From the IMG/VR virus record IMGVR_UViG_3300012347_000302, positions 20 to 64,019 of that record: a stretch of 64,000 nucleotides of DNA. One strand, given 5' to 3'. Every line of letters begins with the position of its first letter. Within the stretch, counting starts at the first letter, position 1. The position numbers and the translations under genes are program-made. The notes beneath the pieces are model-generated. The model saw nothing but the letters and a program-made list of their open reading frames with translations, was not told the DNA's origin and ran no database searches. Source of the DNA: a virus. Shown piece after piece: positions 63,769-64,000 of this stretch.

Positions 63769-64000
63769 ATGGCTTATCCAACAGTCAGCGCTCCGTACGG
63801 TCTGAAACCCATCAATTCCATTGATGGCAAGCCATACGCAGGCGCCTTCCGTCAGATTCCTATGGCATCTGGCTACACTACCACCTTTTTTGGTGACGCA
63901 GTGCTCATCGTTGACGGCTACCTGAACAAGGACACCGGTACTTCTGCAGCCACCCCTTGCGGTGTGTTTGTCGGCGGTTCCTACGTGAACTCCATGGGTC
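63769..64000 (+). CDS. Capsid-associated (cement/decoration-like) protein, 3'-truncated by window edge
   Basis: GGAG RBS; MAY..V.APYGL.P; GVF.G..Y. Confidence 0.7.
   Translation, partial: MAYPTVSAPYGLKPINSIDGKPYAGAFRQIPMASGYTTTFFGDAVLIVDGYLNKDTGTSAATPCGVFVGGSYVNSMG

Noticed and set aside
1-64000. tRNA or rRNA genes
   Set aside because: No cloverleaf with T-loop/D-loop consensus noticed in any intergenic gap; a tRNAscan-SE run would be decisive.

Overview
Almost the entire genome of a GC-rich, podovirus-like tailed phage, circularly permuted. The window opens in the 3' end of the major capsid gene and closes inside the head-morphogenesis operon upstream of it. There are two convergent arms. 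The + arm (55.7 kb to 64 kb, continuing 1 to 28.4 kb) encodes TerS, an intein-split TerL, P22-like portal, GroES, an Acb2/Tad1-like protein, scaffold, capsid, small basic proteins, adaptors, tail fibres/propeller RBPs, a lysis cassette, nozzle and DNA-ejection proteins, including a 1774-aa polyvalent protein. The - arm (55.5 kb to 28.4 kb) is an early region of many small genes with a MoxR-AAA/vWA/DUF3150 trio, followed by a replication module (family A polymerase, PD-(D/E)XK nuclease, SF2 helicase, SSB-like protein, AEP primase-helicase). No integrase, RNA polymerase, tRNA, CRISPR or reverse transcriptase was seen. Most notable: (1) a TerL intein whose interior is dual-coding, with a complete Endonuclease VII-type homing endonuclease and its own RBS in another frame; (2) 15 copies of the palindrome TTTTAA-NN-TTAAAA confined to the early region, mostly at gene junctions, interspersed with about 10 divergent small paralogues sharing a C-terminal F-x-T-x-x-x-A helix motif; (3) a ~400-nt ORF-free structured leader bracketed by two of these palindromes (candidate ncRNA); (4) a T4 gpT-like (GAF-type) holin candidate beside a second holin; (5) a candidate cyclic-nucleotide sponge in the head operon; (6) a shared [FYM]-x-x-G-G-x-[VIL] motif in predicted capsid-internal proteins. 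All family assignments come from motif recognition by eye, not database searches.
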